From the NCBI RefSeq assembly GCF_003704095.1, contig NW_020844270.1:1-64000 (forward strand): a stretch of DNA of 64,000 nucleotides. Direction: 5' to 3'. Shown here piece by piece: positions 62,758 through 64,000 of the stretch. The first letter of the stretch is position 1. Each line of letters begins with the position of its first letter. This stretch comes from Pocillopora damicornis (Eukaryota). The position numbers and the translations under genes are program-made. The notes beneath the pieces were generated by a model. It searched no databases, was not told the DNA's origin, and worked only from the letters and a program-made list of their open reading frames with translations.

Positions 62758-64000
62758 TTTGCGCCGCTAGGAAAATGGATAACGATGAAAAAGAAAATGA
62801 AAAAAAAAAAGAAAACAAAAAAAAAGAAAAAATAAGGAGGGCATAAAAAGTGCTTAAAGTAAAGTTTTTAAAGATAAATTTCTATTTTTTAAGAGATCGG
62901 CAACATTTTGCTGAGGAATAATTAATCTTAGACAAAAGATTTTGGTAAACTTTCTTATGAAAAGAATTGTGGTTTTTTTTCACTCTTAATTAACCTTTTG
63001 TCGCTGTAGTAACCAATTTATATTCTTTTAAAAAATTTACGAGTGCATATTTAGTTCAAATTGCACGAGACAATTTATGTAAGTTTACGAGTACGTATCA
63101 ATGACAGGCACGAACACATTTTGAGGTGGTTTTTCAGATGACTAACCCCTGCGTATAGTCAAAACAAATGAGTGCGATCAAAACAACAATCTTTTACTTG
63201 AGTTTTATATTTTTTGCGCTGGAAAAAAGGCCAGAGCCTGGGTAAACAGTTTTTCCCCTTTTTTGCTCTGATAAACCTCTTTTCTTCCCTGTTTTATCTC
63301 TCACAATTATACAACGCGATACTTGGAAACTGAAATTCTACAGGCAAAATCCAGTACATTGACATTCAAAGCAACTTTCCCCTATGAATTTTCATGAAGT
63401 CAGGTCTTTGAAAAATAAAAAAACAACCCTTTATCCCTACGGAAAAAAATGTGGAGGTAACTCTCTTTTTTATAAACACTTTAGATAACCAGTTGAAACT
63501 TTTTCAGCATCTTTTGATAACTTTTTCATTTAATCACTTTTTTTCCGGTTTGGGTTTTTACAGCTTAACAATAAAAATAAAAACATCTCACGAAATTATG
63601 AGAACAGATGCGGAAGTGTCATTCAAAACGCATATTTTTACCACACAGGATGAAAAAAACAACCAGAGTGGCGAAGCAAATCAGCTGTGTGCATCCGGTC
63701 AACAGATCCAAACAATGTGAGAGATATTCAATTAGCTAAGATCAGACATTAAGGCATGAATACATCATATGTTTAGCTGCCTACATACTAGTATTTCTCT
63801 TGTTGATCAACACAGAGAAGTCTCACAATTGTCTCGAGAGCGGTTCTGACTACAGTTTAAGACCTATTCCATGGTAATCATGTAGCCGACGATGTTTAAA
63901 TGTTTAAATTCATTTGCAGCATATTGCAAAGCAGTCCATCACTTTGGTCTCAGTTGTTTTAGAATCAAACTAGCAGATAATTACTTTCTTGTTCAGTAAG

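Overview
AT-rich, intron-containing animal genomic DNA with three assembly gaps. The repeat content and the intronless GPCR cluster suggest a cnidarian, probably a stony coral (inference). 1-5350: 42-bp tandem arrays in both orientations, a ~0.65-0.7 kb inverted duplication and a TTAA-flanked MITE. 6521-11187 (+): a complete 9-exon SF3A2 gene (257 aa). 36050-13227 (-): a complete 23-exon synaptojanin gene (~1505 aa; Sac1, 5-phosphatase, RRM-like region, Pro-rich tail) that I assembled by hand with consistent intron phases. Its introns hold a Penelope-like element with a hammerhead ribozyme, LINE relics, SINEs, MITEs and a RecQ-helicase-bearing DNA-transposon relic. 37.7-62.8 kb: four intact class A GPCR genes with single coding exons, one GPCR pseudogene and a decayed BEL/Pao LTR retrotransposon. 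The most notable observations are a CRIB-like (Cdc42/Rac-binding) motif encoded by its own synaptojanin exon, a shared E1.42/D(E)3.32/K7.39/H7.42 polar signature without the TM3 cysteine in the GPCRs, and several hammerhead-ribozyme retroelement relics. All calls come from reading the sequence; no database search was run.
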